Notes under the pieces: model-generated
Database searches by the model: none
The model's input: the letters and a program-made list of their open reading frames with translations, nothing else
What the model was told of the DNA's origin: nothing
Translations under genes and position numbers: made by a program
Part shown: positions 29,408 through 38,091 of the stretch, one piece after another
How the letters are laid out: every line of letters begins with the position of its first letter
How positions within the stretch are numbered: position 1 is the first letter of the stretch
Assembly (NCBI GenBank): GCA_963777315.1
Contig: CAVZQC010000005.1
Location: 160,001-224,000, forward strand
DNA length: 64,000 nt
From: Vulcanimicrobiota bacterium
Lineage (GTDB): Bacteria > Vulcanimicrobiota > Vulcanimicrobiia > Vulcanimicrobiales > Vulcanimicrobiaceae
Reading direction: 5' to 3'

Positions 29408-30448
29408 GTGAACCTGGGAATCGGTTTGGACTTTCCCCCGATGGAAGCGCAGACGGCCAAGTCGCTGCCGCATGAGCCCAACTACCAATTCGAGCCCAAA
29501 TGGGATGGGTTTCGCGCGTTGTGCTTCAGGGACGGCGACGACGTGGCCCTGCAATCGAAATCCGGCCAGTCGTTGGCGCGCTACTTTCCCGAACTGGTGG
29601 CGGCGACAAAAGCGCTCAAGTGCGAGCGCTTCGTCATCGACGGCGAGATCGTCGTGCCGGTCGAGGATCGCTTGGACTTCGATCAGTTGCTGCAGCGCAT
29701 CCACCCTGCCGCCAGCCGCGTCTCGATGTTGTCGGCTCGATACCCCGCAACGTATGTCGTTTTCGATATCCTCGTCGACGAGCGCGCAAAACCGTTGTAT
29801 CAGTTACGGTTGAACGAACGTCGCTCCGCTCTGGACGACTTCGCGCACAAATTTCTGCAAGATCAGCCGAGGTTCAAGTTGTCTCCGGTAACCGCAGACC
29901 GCCGAGTCGCCGAACGGTGGTATTCGTCCGTCGGCGGAGCTTTAGACGGCGTTATCGCCAAGCGTACGGACATTGCGTACTCTTCCGGCGACCGCCGCGG
30001 GATGCTCAAGATAAAGCGGCTGCGAACTGCCGATTGCGTGGTGGGCGGTTTTCGCCTGGCAAACGACGGAGCCTCGCTCGGCTCGTTGCTGCTGGGTCTC
30101 TACGACGGCGACGGCGCGCTCGACTACGTCGGTTTCACATCCGGCTTTTCCGCCGCGGAGAAGAAGTCGCTATTGAAAAAGCTGAACGATCTCAAGACCG
30201 ACGTCTCGTTCACGGCGCGCACGCCCGGCGGTCCGAGCCGGTGGAACCGCGGCAAAGAAACGGCGTGGGTTCCGGTCAAACCTTCGATCGTTTTGGAGGT
30301 CGAGTTCGATCACGTCAGCGGCGGACGTTTTCGCCACGGAACGCGGCCGCTGCGCTTCCGTCCCGATAAATCCCCAAAGCAGTGCACGATGGAACAGCTG
30401 AATCAGCCGATCGGCACATCGCCGTTTTCGCTCGCCGCCGCGGACTAA
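29408..30448 (+). CDS. ligC: ATP-dependent DNA ligase, LigC type
   Basis: PPMEA, EPKWDGFR, RYFPEL, IDGEIVV, QRIHPAASR, DGVIAK, KIKR.RTADCVVGGFR, RFRHG, FRPDK. Confidence 0.92.
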   Translation: MNLGIGLDFPPMEAQTAKSLPHEPNYQFEPKWDGFRALCFRDGDDVALQSKSGQSLARYFPELVAATKALKCERFVIDGEIVVPVEDRLDFDQLLQRIHPAASRVSMLSARYPATYVVFDILVDERAKPLYQLRLNERRSALDDFAHKFLQDQPRFKLSPVTADRRVAERWYSSVGGALDGVIAKRTDIAYSSGDRRGMLKIKRLRTADCVVGGFRLANDGASLGSLLLGLYDGDGALDYVGFTSGFSAAEKKSLLKKLNDLKTDVSFTARTPGGPSRWNRGKETAWVPVKPSIVLEVEFDHVSGGRFRHGTRPLRFRPDKSPKQCTMEQLNQPIGTSPFSLAAAD

Positions 30449-30563
30449 GGCTCTACTTCACAATAATGTCGACTTTGCTCTTCGATAGCTTCGATTGCGC
30501 TCGTTCCTTCAAAGACGCGCATTTGGTCGCCTTTTGCGCTGGTCTCCGCCCCGAGTGTATTCG

Positions 30564-32123
30564 TTATGGCGCTGCGAAAGTTAGATCGCTTGCATAGCCG
30601 CTGGCAAAGTTGCCGCTCGTGAAGACCTGATTACCATCTGTGTCGTAGACTTGTATAATGCCCTGACCCGAAACGTACAGATGCGAATTGCTCGGATCGA
30701 ACGCGACCCATCTCGGGAAATGAAGGTTGGCGAACGATCCGCTCGTCGTAATTGCGTTACCGTTCCGATCGTAGACCAAGAGCGTGGGAGGACTAAAGTT
30801 GTAGATCGCTGCGTACACCCGGCCCTTGAGATCGAACGCGGTGTCTACGGCACCGGTGCTGTTTGGGAAGGATCCGGCCGTGGTGATTTGGTTGCCATTC
30901 TCATCATAAGCCCTGATCGGTTGATCGAATTCTAAGTACAAACGGCGCGTAGTCGGATCAAACGAAATGCCGGCTGATACTCCCTGATCTGCGAATGAAC
31001 CCGGCGACGGGAGTTGTTCGCCGTTCTGATCATAGACTGTGATGAAATCGCTGTTTGAAATATAATTCGAAATGTACAATCGGCCCTTGCTGGAGTCAAC
31101 GGCAAGGTCCTGAGAGAATTCGGTGTTTGGAAACGATCCGGTGGTCGAGACTTGATTGCCGTTCTGATCGTAAACCGCAATCGAGTTGGTCCTGGTCGCC
31201 CCATTGCTGTTCAGCACATACAGGTGACCGTTGAGCGAGTCGAAATCAATGGCGTACGGTTCAATGAGATCCAAGAACGGCCCAGTCGTCACAATTCTGT
31301 TGCCGTTCTCATCGTAGACCATTATCGTGTCACTTGTGGTGTTGGTCACGTAGAGCGCCGGGGTCGGTGCGAGCAGCGCTTGCCCGGTGCAGCCGCAGCT
31401 GTGGAGAGTCGCCGTCACGATGCCTGGCGCGTTGGGTTCGGCCATAGCAATGGGCAGGAAGCTGAAGACGTTACCGCCCAACGGCGTTATTTTTACGACG
31501 TTCGAGGTGAGCGTTATCGAGGACGCGTTGTCCGGGCTGACGATCGCGTTGCCGTCGGCATCCTCCGGAGTCACGGCGAATTTTTCCGCCTGCGGGCCGA
31601 CGAGCTCGTAAACGTTTTTGTTTGCCTGCGTAATGGGAATCACGAACGGCTGAGAGCCGCTCGGCGCCAGCACAATTTTCGTGCACAAGCCCTCGAGTAA
31701 GGCGGTGATCGCGTTGCTTTGCCCGGCAATGATTCGCCGTCCGACCGTTACCCATGCAAGAAGCTTGCCGGCGCCGTTTGGTTGATCCCAAGCCTCGATC
31801 AGGAACGAGTCGGTACCGGGCGGGGCGTCGATAGTGATGGTTGTCGTTGCCGCCGCCGCCCGGGACGGTGGCGCATTCGCAACGACGGTAGGCTTCGTTG
31901 CATTGTTGACCGTAATGGAAACGCTCCGCGTCGAGGCCGAGACGGAGCCGACTCCCGTTGGCGCCCCCCAATGCATGGTGAACGTAGCACTCGTCGTACC
32001 GGGACGCTCACCGCCACTGCTCGCCGGCGGAGGAATCAAGGGCGAGCCGGTACTCCCATGTGAGCACGCCACCAACAGCGCAATTACAAGTGCCCCAAAG
32101 ATGGCCCGAAAATTTGTTGCCAC
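30564..32123 (-). CDS. Lipoprotein with six NHL-like beta-propeller repeats
   Basis: LLVAC lipobox; six repeats of (I/L)x(V/A)YDx(N/D)Gxxxx(T/S)xGxF. Confidence 0.82.
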   Translation of the reverse strand: MATNFRAIFGALVIALLVACSHGSTGSPLIPPPASSGGERPGTTSATFTMHWGAPTGVGSVSASTRSVSITVNNATKPTVVANAPPSRAAAATTTITIDAPPGTDSFLIEAWDQPNGAGKLLAWVTVGRRIIAGQSNAITALLEGLCTKIVLAPSGSQPFVIPITQANKNVYELVGPQAEKFAVTPEDADGNAIVSPDNASSITLTSNVVKITPLGGNVFSFLPIAMAEPNAPGIVTATLHSCGCTGQALLAPTPALYVTNTTSDTIMVYDENGNRIVTTGPFLDLIEPYAIDFDSLNGHLYVLNSNGATRTNSIAVYDQNGNQVSTTGSFPNTEFSQDLAVDSSKGRLYISNYISNSDFITVYDQNGEQLPSPGSFADQGVSAGISFDPTTRRLYLEFDQPIRAYDENGNQITTAGSFPNSTGAVDTAFDLKGRVYAAIYNFSPPTLLVYDRNGNAITTSGSFANLHFPRWVAFDPSNSHLYVSGQGIIQVYDTDGNQVFTSGNFASGYASDLTFAAP

Positions 32124-32305
32124 AAAGCCCTCCGCAGCGCACGACCGCTCATATCAGCATAGGGTCGCGCAGGTCCAACGGGCCAGGGCCGGATGGTACT
32201 TTAGCCCGAAGCATCGGACCTATGATCTCTTGAAGGATCAAATGTTCAATCTGGTACCGACGTACCGCGCGATGCGGCACCGCAACTCCGCACAAATCGA
32301 ACGTT

Positions 32306-33277
32306 CTAGCGCGATTCAACACCGTCCAGCAATTCTTGCAAGTCATAGCGTCCGCGCTCTACGGTCAGCGGCTTCCACAAATCGCCCAGCTTGCCGATTC
32401 GGTCGGGAACGTTGAGCATCGTGAAGTCCTCCGTTTCGATACCGCGTTCGACTTCTTCCCACGTTACCGGGGTCGACACGCTGGCGGCAGGCGTCGGACG
32501 CGCGGAGTAGATCGATGCGAGCGTTGCGCCGAGCCTGTTTTGGTTGTAATCGAGCAGCACGTGATTCCGCGGACGTTTTTGCACCTTGTATTCCGCAGTC
32601 AGAATGTCGGGATGCGCCTTGGCCAGTTCGAACGAAATACGCTTTGCCAGCGCCCAAACGTCGTGCTGGCGAGGCCCGTGTGCGATCGCTACGTACAAAT
32701 GCATGCCGTGGCCGCCCGAAGTCTTGGCGTAAACCTTCATGCCCAGCGCGCGGAGCGCATCGTTGACGATGAGCGCGGATTCGCGCACCGCCGAGAACGG
32801 TGCACCGAACGGATCGAGATCGAAATGCAGATACTCCGGCCGATCCGAGGTCGCGCAGCGCGCGTACCACGGGTTGAGATCGATGCAGCCCAGGTTGATC
32901 ACCCACAACAGCGAGGCCAGGTCTTGCACCATCGGAAAATCGATGACGTTGCCCGAACCGTGTTCGATCGAGCACGTCTCTATCCAATCGGGCCGCGTCG
33001 ACGGAGCGCGCTTCATGAAGAAGAAGTCGCCCGCGATGCCGTTGGGATAGCGTTTCATCACCATCGCTTTATGGCGCACGTGCGGCACCAGCACCGGCGC
33101 GACGCGAGCGTAATAGGTGAGAAGATCGCGTTTGGTCAGCCCGAGCTGCGGCCAAAATACTTTGTTGAGGTTGGTCAGGCTCAAGCGCTTGCCGTCGACC
33201 TCGACCGTAGCGCTGTCCCCTTGTGGCGGTATCGGGGTCGTGCGGATGCTCATGTCTTTGCGTACGTTCCCGCTCAT
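32306..33277 (-). CDS. Stand-alone LigD polymerase/primase domain (Prim-PolC-like), catalytically intact
   Basis: LTNLNKVFWP, RYPNG, HFDLDP, KTSGGHGMHLY, LDYNQN, YSARP, VSTPVTWEE. Confidence 0.92.
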   Translation of the reverse strand: MSGNVRKDMSIRTTPIPPQGDSATVEVDGKRLSLTNLNKVFWPQLGLTKRDLLTYYARVAPVLVPHVRHKAMVMKRYPNGIAGDFFFMKRAPSTRPDWIETCSIEHGSGNVIDFPMVQDLASLLWVINLGCIDLNPWYARCATSDRPEYLHFDLDPFGAPFSAVRESALIVNDALRALGMKVYAKTSGGHGMHLYVAIAHGPRQHDVWALAKRISFELAKAHPDILTAEYKVQKRPRNHVLLDYNQNRLGATLASIYSARPTPAASVSTPVTWEEVERGIETEDFTMLNVPDRIGKLGDLWKPLTVERGRYDLQELLDGVESR

Positions 33278-33915
33278 GCCGCGCCGAGATAGCGCAGCAG
33301 CCAGCCCTGCGCGAGCTGCGCCACCCGTTCAAGCGCGCCTTGCTCCTCGAACAGATGCCCCGCACCGGGAACCACGGCAATCTCGCACGCAGCGTGCATC
33401 TGCGAGGCGGCGCGCCGGTTGAGATCGATCACGACCGGATCGTTCTCGCCCACGATGAGCAGCGTCGGAGCGTGCACGTCGCCCAGCGCCGCGCCGGCCA
33501 GATCCGGACGGCCTCCGCGCGAAACGACGGCGGCCACATCCTTACGTCCGGCCGCCGCAAGCAGCGCGGCACCGGCTCCCGTGCTTGCTCCAAAATATGC
33601 GACCGGCAGCGTGGACAGACGGTCGTCGTTTCTGCACCATGCCGCCGCGAGATCGACGCGGCGCGCCAGCAGCGAAATATCGAACCGCAGGCTCGCCGTA
33701 CTGCGGTCCAGCTCTTCCTCGCGCAACGTAAGCAGATCCATCAGCAGCGTTGCAAAGCCCCGTTCGTTCAGCTGCTCTGCTACGAAACGATTGCGGGGGC
33801 TGTGGCGCCCGCTGCCGCTGCCGTGTGCGAAGATCACGACGCCGTGCGCGCCGGGCGGCACGGTGAGCGTGCCGGCAAGCCGTTCGCCGTCGCTCGGTAC
33901 GACGATCTCAAGCAT
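33274..33915 (-). CDS. Dienelactone hydrolase-like alpha/beta hydrolase
   Basis: FAHGSGSGRHSPRN, GASTG, SRGGRPDL, HLFEE. Confidence 0.9.
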   Translation of the reverse strand: MLEIVVPSDGERLAGTLTVPPGAHGVVIFAHGSGSGRHSPRNRFVAEQLNERGFATLLMDLLTLREEELDRSTASLRFDISLLARRVDLAAAWCRNDDRLSTLPVAYFGASTGAGAALLAAAGRKDVAAVVSRGGRPDLAGAALGDVHAPTLLIVGENDPVVIDLNRRAASQMHAACEIAVVPGAGHLFEEQGALERVAQLAQGWLLRYLGAA

Positions 33916-34534
33916 GGAGCATTTCTCGAACCTGCTCGTCGGTCGTTTGGGTAAAATCGGTGTACCATGCCCCAACGCCGCGAAACGGGCGTGGCGTCGC
34001 AACGCAGACGACGTCGTCGGCATATTTCTGCAATTGCATTGCGGTATCGGCCGGCGCGACGGGAACCGCCGCGACGATGACGGCGGCAAACCGTGCGCGC
34101 ATAGCCAGGATCGCCGCGTACATGCTCGCGCCGGTCGCTAAGCCGTCGTCCACCAGCAGCACGGTCCGCCCTTTTACGTCTTGGGCCGCACGCCCCCCGC
34201 GGTAAGCACGTTCGCGGCGCAAGAGTTCGCTTTCTTCGCGGCGGACGATGTCATCGATGACCGGCTGCGCCACGCACAATTCATCGATGGTCTCACGGTT
34301 GAGCACGCGTACGCCGCCCGAAGCGATCGCGCCGATGGCAAGCTCTTCGCGGCCGGGCGCACCCAGTTTGCGCACGACGAATACGTCGAGCGGCGCGCCT
34401 AAGACGCGCGCAACTTCATACGCGACCGGAACGCCTCCGCGCGGCAGTCCAAACACTCGCGTATCGGATCCGCGGTATGCAGCAAGCTTTTCGCCCAGCT
34501 GCTTTCCCGCTTCCGCGCGGTCCGCAAAAATCAC
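33908..34534 (-). CDS. Phosphoribosyltransferase family protein
   Basis: FADRAEAG, GLPRGGVP, VRKLGAP, VDDGLATG. Confidence 0.9.
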   Translation of the reverse strand: MIFADRAEAGKQLGEKLAAYRGSDTRVFGLPRGGVPVAYEVARVLGAPLDVFVVRKLGAPGREELAIGAIASGGVRVLNRETIDELCVAQPVIDDIVRREESELLRRERAYRGGRAAQDVKGRTVLLVDDGLATGASMYAAILAMRARFAAVIVAAVPVAPADTAMQLQKYADDVVCVATPRPFRGVGAWYTDFTQTTDEQVREMLHA

Positions 34535-34542
34535 TATCAGCC

Positions 34543-34570
34543 GTTTCCCCTCTACCGGTGAGGGGAAAAC
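34543..34570. promoter_or_regulatory. Palindromic element reading as a SigB/SigF-like promoter on both strands
   Basis: GTTTCCCCTCTACCGGTGAGGGGAAAAC gives GTTT-N16-GGGAAA on + and GTTT-N17-GGGAAA on -. Confidence 0.55.
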
Positions 34571-34579
34571 AAACAGGCC

Positions 34580-34945
34580 ATGGCGCCGAGCAGTCTGCTG
34601 GAAGGCCTTCAAGAGCACCTCGACGCGATCGCCGAGCGCGACATCGATCGGTTCGCGCAGAGCTTGGCAACGGGTGACGACGTACGCTTGGTCGGCGGTG
34701 ACGGGCGCATCATTCAAGGCAAGGAAAATGCCGTTGCCGCGCATCGCGACTGGTTTGCTTCCGAAGGGTGGACGTTCGATCCGCAAGTCCTGTGGACGCG
34801 TGAAGAGGCCGGTGCCGGCTGGGCGCTTACGCGCGTGGACTACACGCAAGGCGCAAGCGCTCGCCAATTTTTACTGCTGCTGCTTTTCGTGAATGAACAC
34901 GGCGTGTGGAAACTGGTGTACGACCAGAACACGCCGATACTGTGA
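34580..34945 (+). CDS. NTF2/SnoaL-like protein
   Basis: AIAERDIDRF...GKENAV...GVWKLVYDQNT. Confidence 0.8.
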   Translation: MAPSSLLEGLQEHLDAIAERDIDRFAQSLATGDDVRLVGGDGRIIQGKENAVAAHRDWFASEGWTFDPQVLWTREEAGAGWALTRVDYTQGASARQFLLLLLFVNEHGVWKLVYDQNTPIL

Positions 34946-34973
34946 AATCAAACCGGCGAGAGAGGTTACAGCT

Positions 34974-36106
34974 ATGAAAGCCGTCGTGTTTCACGGCGTA
35001 GGCGACATCCGGCTCGAAGATGCTTCCGAGCCGACGATCCAGCACGATCGCGATGCGATTCTGCAACTCACCGCCAGCGCGATTTGCGGCACCGATTTGC
35101 ATTTCATTCGCGGCTCGGTTCCGGGCGTGGAAAAAGGCACGATACTGGGCCATGAAGGCGTGGGCGTGATCGCGCAGGTCGGCAAAGGCGTACGCAACCT
35201 CAAGCCCGGCGATCGCGTGGTCGTCGGATCGACGATCGCGTGCGGTTACTGCAGCTACTGCCGTAATTCGGATTTTTCCAAATGCGACAACGCCAACCCC
35301 AACGGTCCGCAGGCGACGGCCTTCTACGGCGGTCCCAAACAGAACGGACCCTTCAACGGTCTGCAGGCCGAGTACGCGCGCATTCCGTTCGCAAACGTCA
35401 ATGCCCTAAAGCTTCCCGACGAAGTCAGCGACGACGACGCAATTTTGCTTTCGGATATCTTGCCGACCGCCTATTTCGGTGCCGACATGGCCGGCATCAA
35501 GCCCGGGCGAACCGTCGCGGTGCTGGGGTGCGGGCCGGTGGGCCAGATGGCAATCGCCTGCGCCAAGCTCATGGACGCCGGGCGCATCATCGCAGTGGAC
35601 TCCGAACCCGATCGAATGGAAGTCGCCCGCGGTCAGGGCGCCGAGGTGAGCTTACCGGCGGCATCGGCGTCGATCGCGTCATCGACTGCGTCGGTATCGA
35701 CGCCGACAAAGACCGGCACGGCAGTACGCAGTGGCGCAAGGGAAATGCGCCGCAGATGCCGTTGAACGGCGCCATCGAGATGATCGCCAAAGCCGGCACG
35801 GTTTCGGTGGTCGGGGTGTATCCGGCGGGGTTCAAGGAATTCGATTTCGGCAAGGCCTTCGGCAAGAACCTCACGGTGCGCATGGGCGATTGCCCGCATC
35901 GGCGCTACCTGCCTCGCCTCATCCGCTTGGTCGCAAGCGGCGTGCTCAAGCCCTCGCGCATTCTCACCAAGCGAACGGCCTTCGGCGACGCCGTGGACGC
36001 GTACAAGGCGTTCGACACGCATAGCGCCGGGTGGCTCAAAGTCGAGCTGCTGCCCCCGGCAAGAGCCGGAGCGGCCGTCGCGCGCGGCGAGGTGGTGACC
36101 GCTTAA
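34974..36106 (+). pseudogene. Zn-dependent alcohol/formaldehyde dehydrogenase, frameshifted by an apparent deletion near 35647
   Basis: ICGTDLH, GHEGVG, CGYCSYC, LSDILPT, GCGPVG in the first frame; ELTGGIGVDRVIDCVG onward in another frame; the usual linker after GAEV is missing. Confidence 0.82.
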
Positions 36107-36165
36107 GCGCGACGCTTGGCTGGGTATGAAGTGCACGAGCGAATCTTACTAACGAAGGGATACAT

Positions 36166-36615
36166 ATGGCGGTGACTTTGGAACAAACGCGCGGCGGTCT
36201 TCTGCAGCGTTCCGGAACGGTGGTCGGCCAGGCCGTCGATCGCGGAACCGGGCTGCTGGCCGATCGCGTCGAGCACTACACCAACGTTGCACGTGAAATC
36301 GGTGACATTTTACGAGATCGCGGTGAACCGCAGGCCGCAGACGTCCTGCAGACGGTTTCCAAGCGCGGTACGGACGTAGCCCGCTATCTGCGCAACAACG
36401 ACGGCGTCAAGATGTGGGGCGACGTTCAGGACTTGGCCCGCGGGCGCACATGGCTGCTCACCGGCGTAGGCTTGGTCAGCGGGCTTGCGCTCGCGCGCGC
36501 CGTGCGCACGGCGGCCGGCGGAACCACCGAGGACGAGTGGCCGACCGAGCCCGCGTATCGCGAATCGTACGAGCAGCCCTACACGACGGCACGCACGAGT
36601 CGGTACGAAGAATGA
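36166..36615 (+). CDS. ElaB/YqjD-like protein with C-terminal membrane anchor
   Basis: AAGGGA RBS; ARYLR...DVQDLARGR.W+TM; first gene of a conserved-type triad. Confidence 0.7.
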   Translation: MAVTLEQTRGGLLQRSGTVVGQAVDRGTGLLADRVEHYTNVAREIGDILRDRGEPQAADVLQTVSKRGTDVARYLRNNDGVKMWGDVQDLARGRTWLLTGVGLVSGLALARAVRTAAGGTTEDEWPTEPAYRESYEQPYTTARTSRYEE

Positions 36616-37010
36616 ACGACGATCGCCCTTCGATGGCCGATGCCCTGCGCAATCTGGGCAAAGATCTCGGCGACCTGTTCCGAGCCGAGCTTGCGATCTT
36701 CAAACAAGAAGCATCGCAGCAAATGCAAGGTCTGGCCATCGCGGGCGTATGGGTAGCGGCGGGTGCGGTGATGGGCTTGGCATTTTTGGGAGCGTTCACG
36801 GCATTTCTGATCGTGGTGCTTTCGCTCGTGCTTGCGCCTTGGCTCGCCGCTCTGGTGATAACGATAGCGTGGGGATTTGCGGCACTTTCATTGATTGCCG
36901 CCGCAGCAATAAAACTCAAATCGATGCTCCCGTTGGAGTTCGATAAGACGACGCGTAGCGTGAAGGAGGATGTAGCATGGATCAAGAGCGGGATCGAGTC
37001 CGCCAAGTAG
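36612..37010 (+). CDS. Actinobacterial holin-X/YqjE (DUF1469)-like membrane protein
   Basis: DLGDLFRAEL.IFKQE, two TMs, T.RSVKEDVAW. Confidence 0.85.
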   Translation: MNDDRPSMADALRNLGKDLGDLFRAELAIFKQEASQQMQGLAIAGVWVAAGAVMGLAFLGAFTAFLIVVLSLVLAPWLAALVITIAWGFAALSLIAAAAIKLKSMLPLEFDKTTRSVKEDVAWIKSGIESAK

Positions 37011-37546
37011 AAGACGCGCGCGAGCGCGTCGCCCAAGACGTCCGGTCCGTGGCCGAGAACGCCAATGTCGTGGACCGCACCAAAGAAAAAGTTCAAGGCA
37101 AAGTCGACGATGCGAAAAGCGCGGTGAGCGACAAGCTGCAAGGGGCTCGCGACAAGATCGGCAGCGCGCGCGACAAACTGAGCAGCGCCCGGGACACCGT
37201 GCAAGGCTCCGTTAGCGACATGAAGACTAATGTGACGAACAACATCGGAAATCTCAATCCGATGGAAAACCCCATCGGAATGTTGTTGGGAGGGTTAGCC
37301 GTCGGATTCCTAATCGGCTTGGCGCTTCCGGTGACGCGGTTTGAATCCGAACGCATCGGTCCCATCACCGAAGACATGAAAGGCCGCGTGAGGCAGGCCG
37401 GCACCGAAGTAATGCGCCGCGGCGGCGAAGTCATAAAGGACACGATCGAAGCCAGTAAAGAGGCGGCGACGAATTCGCTTCGCGAACAAGCCAAGGAAAT
37501 GGGCATCGGCGAGGGCGGCAACGGCTCAAGCGAAAGCCGGCAGTAA
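36977..37546 (+). CDS. DUF3618-like/YqjD-like membrane-anchored protein
   Basis: EDARERVAQDV, helical repeats, ENPIG+TM+LPVTRFE. Confidence 0.75.
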   Translation: MDQERDRVRQVEDARERVAQDVRSVAENANVVDRTKEKVQGKVDDAKSAVSDKLQGARDKIGSARDKLSSARDTVQGSVSDMKTNVTNNIGNLNPMENPIGMLLGGLAVGFLIGLALPVTRFESERIGPITEDMKGRVRQAGTEVMRRGGEVIKDTIEASKEAATNSLREQAKEMGIGEGGNGSSESRQ

Positions 37547-37552
37547 CACCAA

Positions 37553-37583
37553 GACGGCGCCTTCCAAGGCGCCGTCCTCTTTT
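37553..37583 (+). terminator. Intrinsic terminator
   Basis: GACGGCGCCTT-CC-AAGGCGCCGTC hairpin followed by CTCTTTT. Confidence 0.75.
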
Positions 37584-37607
37584 CAGTCGAACGAAGCGCG
37601 TCTGTTT

Positions 37608-37927
37608 GGGATGATGGTGGAATCGGTAGACACAGCAGACTTCTGGTTTGGAGCCGCAAGCGCGGAAACGGTTTGCGGGATGCGCTCAAATTCGGCGAAC
37701 GCTCTGCCAAGGCGTGCCGACGCCGAGCCAAGCCGCTTAGCGGAAGGTGTAGAGACTGGACGGGCGCGGCCTACGTGACGATTCATACGGCCAAGGCACA
37801 GTCCGGACCATCAAACGATGCGGCGTGCAAATCTTTTTGCAGTCCGCCGCATCGGCAGCGAAAGCTGCAGTGGTGCGAAAATTTGCTGCCCTAAAAGGGC
37901 GTCCGGGTTCGAGTCCCGGTCATCCCA
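37608..37927 (+). tRNA. trnL-UAA: tRNA-Leu(UAA), intron-containing (exons 37608-37642 and 37878-37927)
   Basis: Acceptor GGGATGA/TCATCCC+A, D-loop GGTAGAC, anticodon arm GCAGA-CTT^AAAA-TTTGC, long variable arm GCCCT-AAA-AGGGC, GGTTCGAGTCC T-arm; CCA not encoded. Confidence 0.93.
37643..37877 (+). ncRNA. Group I self-splicing intron (IC3-like), 235 nt, no ORF
   Basis: IGS GAGCC pairs with exon GACTT; P AAATTCGGCGAAC (37688), Q GACGCCGAGC (37719), R GTAGAGACTGGACGG (37749), S AAGGCACAGTCC (37793); terminal G at 37877. Confidence 0.92.
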
Positions 37928-38091
37928 TGAAAGATGAGTACTTCCAAAATAATCAGCAGCAGACCGAACAAGCTTGAAATGCGTCTGCACTAGATTCTCG
38001 AATCGGAATAAACGTGAAAACGCAAAACACGCGTGCGAACACGCACGCGCCTTTCGCTTCCATTTCGAGACGCGCGTCGAATAAGTCGCGC

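Noticed and set aside
28511..30448. 645-aa ORF implying a long N-terminal extension of LigC
   Set aside because: The extension is antisense to the fusion gene; ligase similarity starts at about 29408.
36612..37010. Holin-family gene as evidence of a prophage
   Set aside because: It sits in a YqjD/YqjE-like stress triad with no phage structural or lysis genes nearby.
37641..37880. Alternative splice reading giving anticodon CGA (tRNA-Ser)
   Set aside because: It gives an 8-nt anticodon loop; the U^AA reading gives a 7-nt loop, discriminator A and the canonical P1 pairing.
37583..37894. Short ORFs overlapping the intron as a homing endonuclease
   Set aside because: Too short, with no LAGLIDADG, HNH or GIY-YIG motifs; they overlap the ribozyme core.
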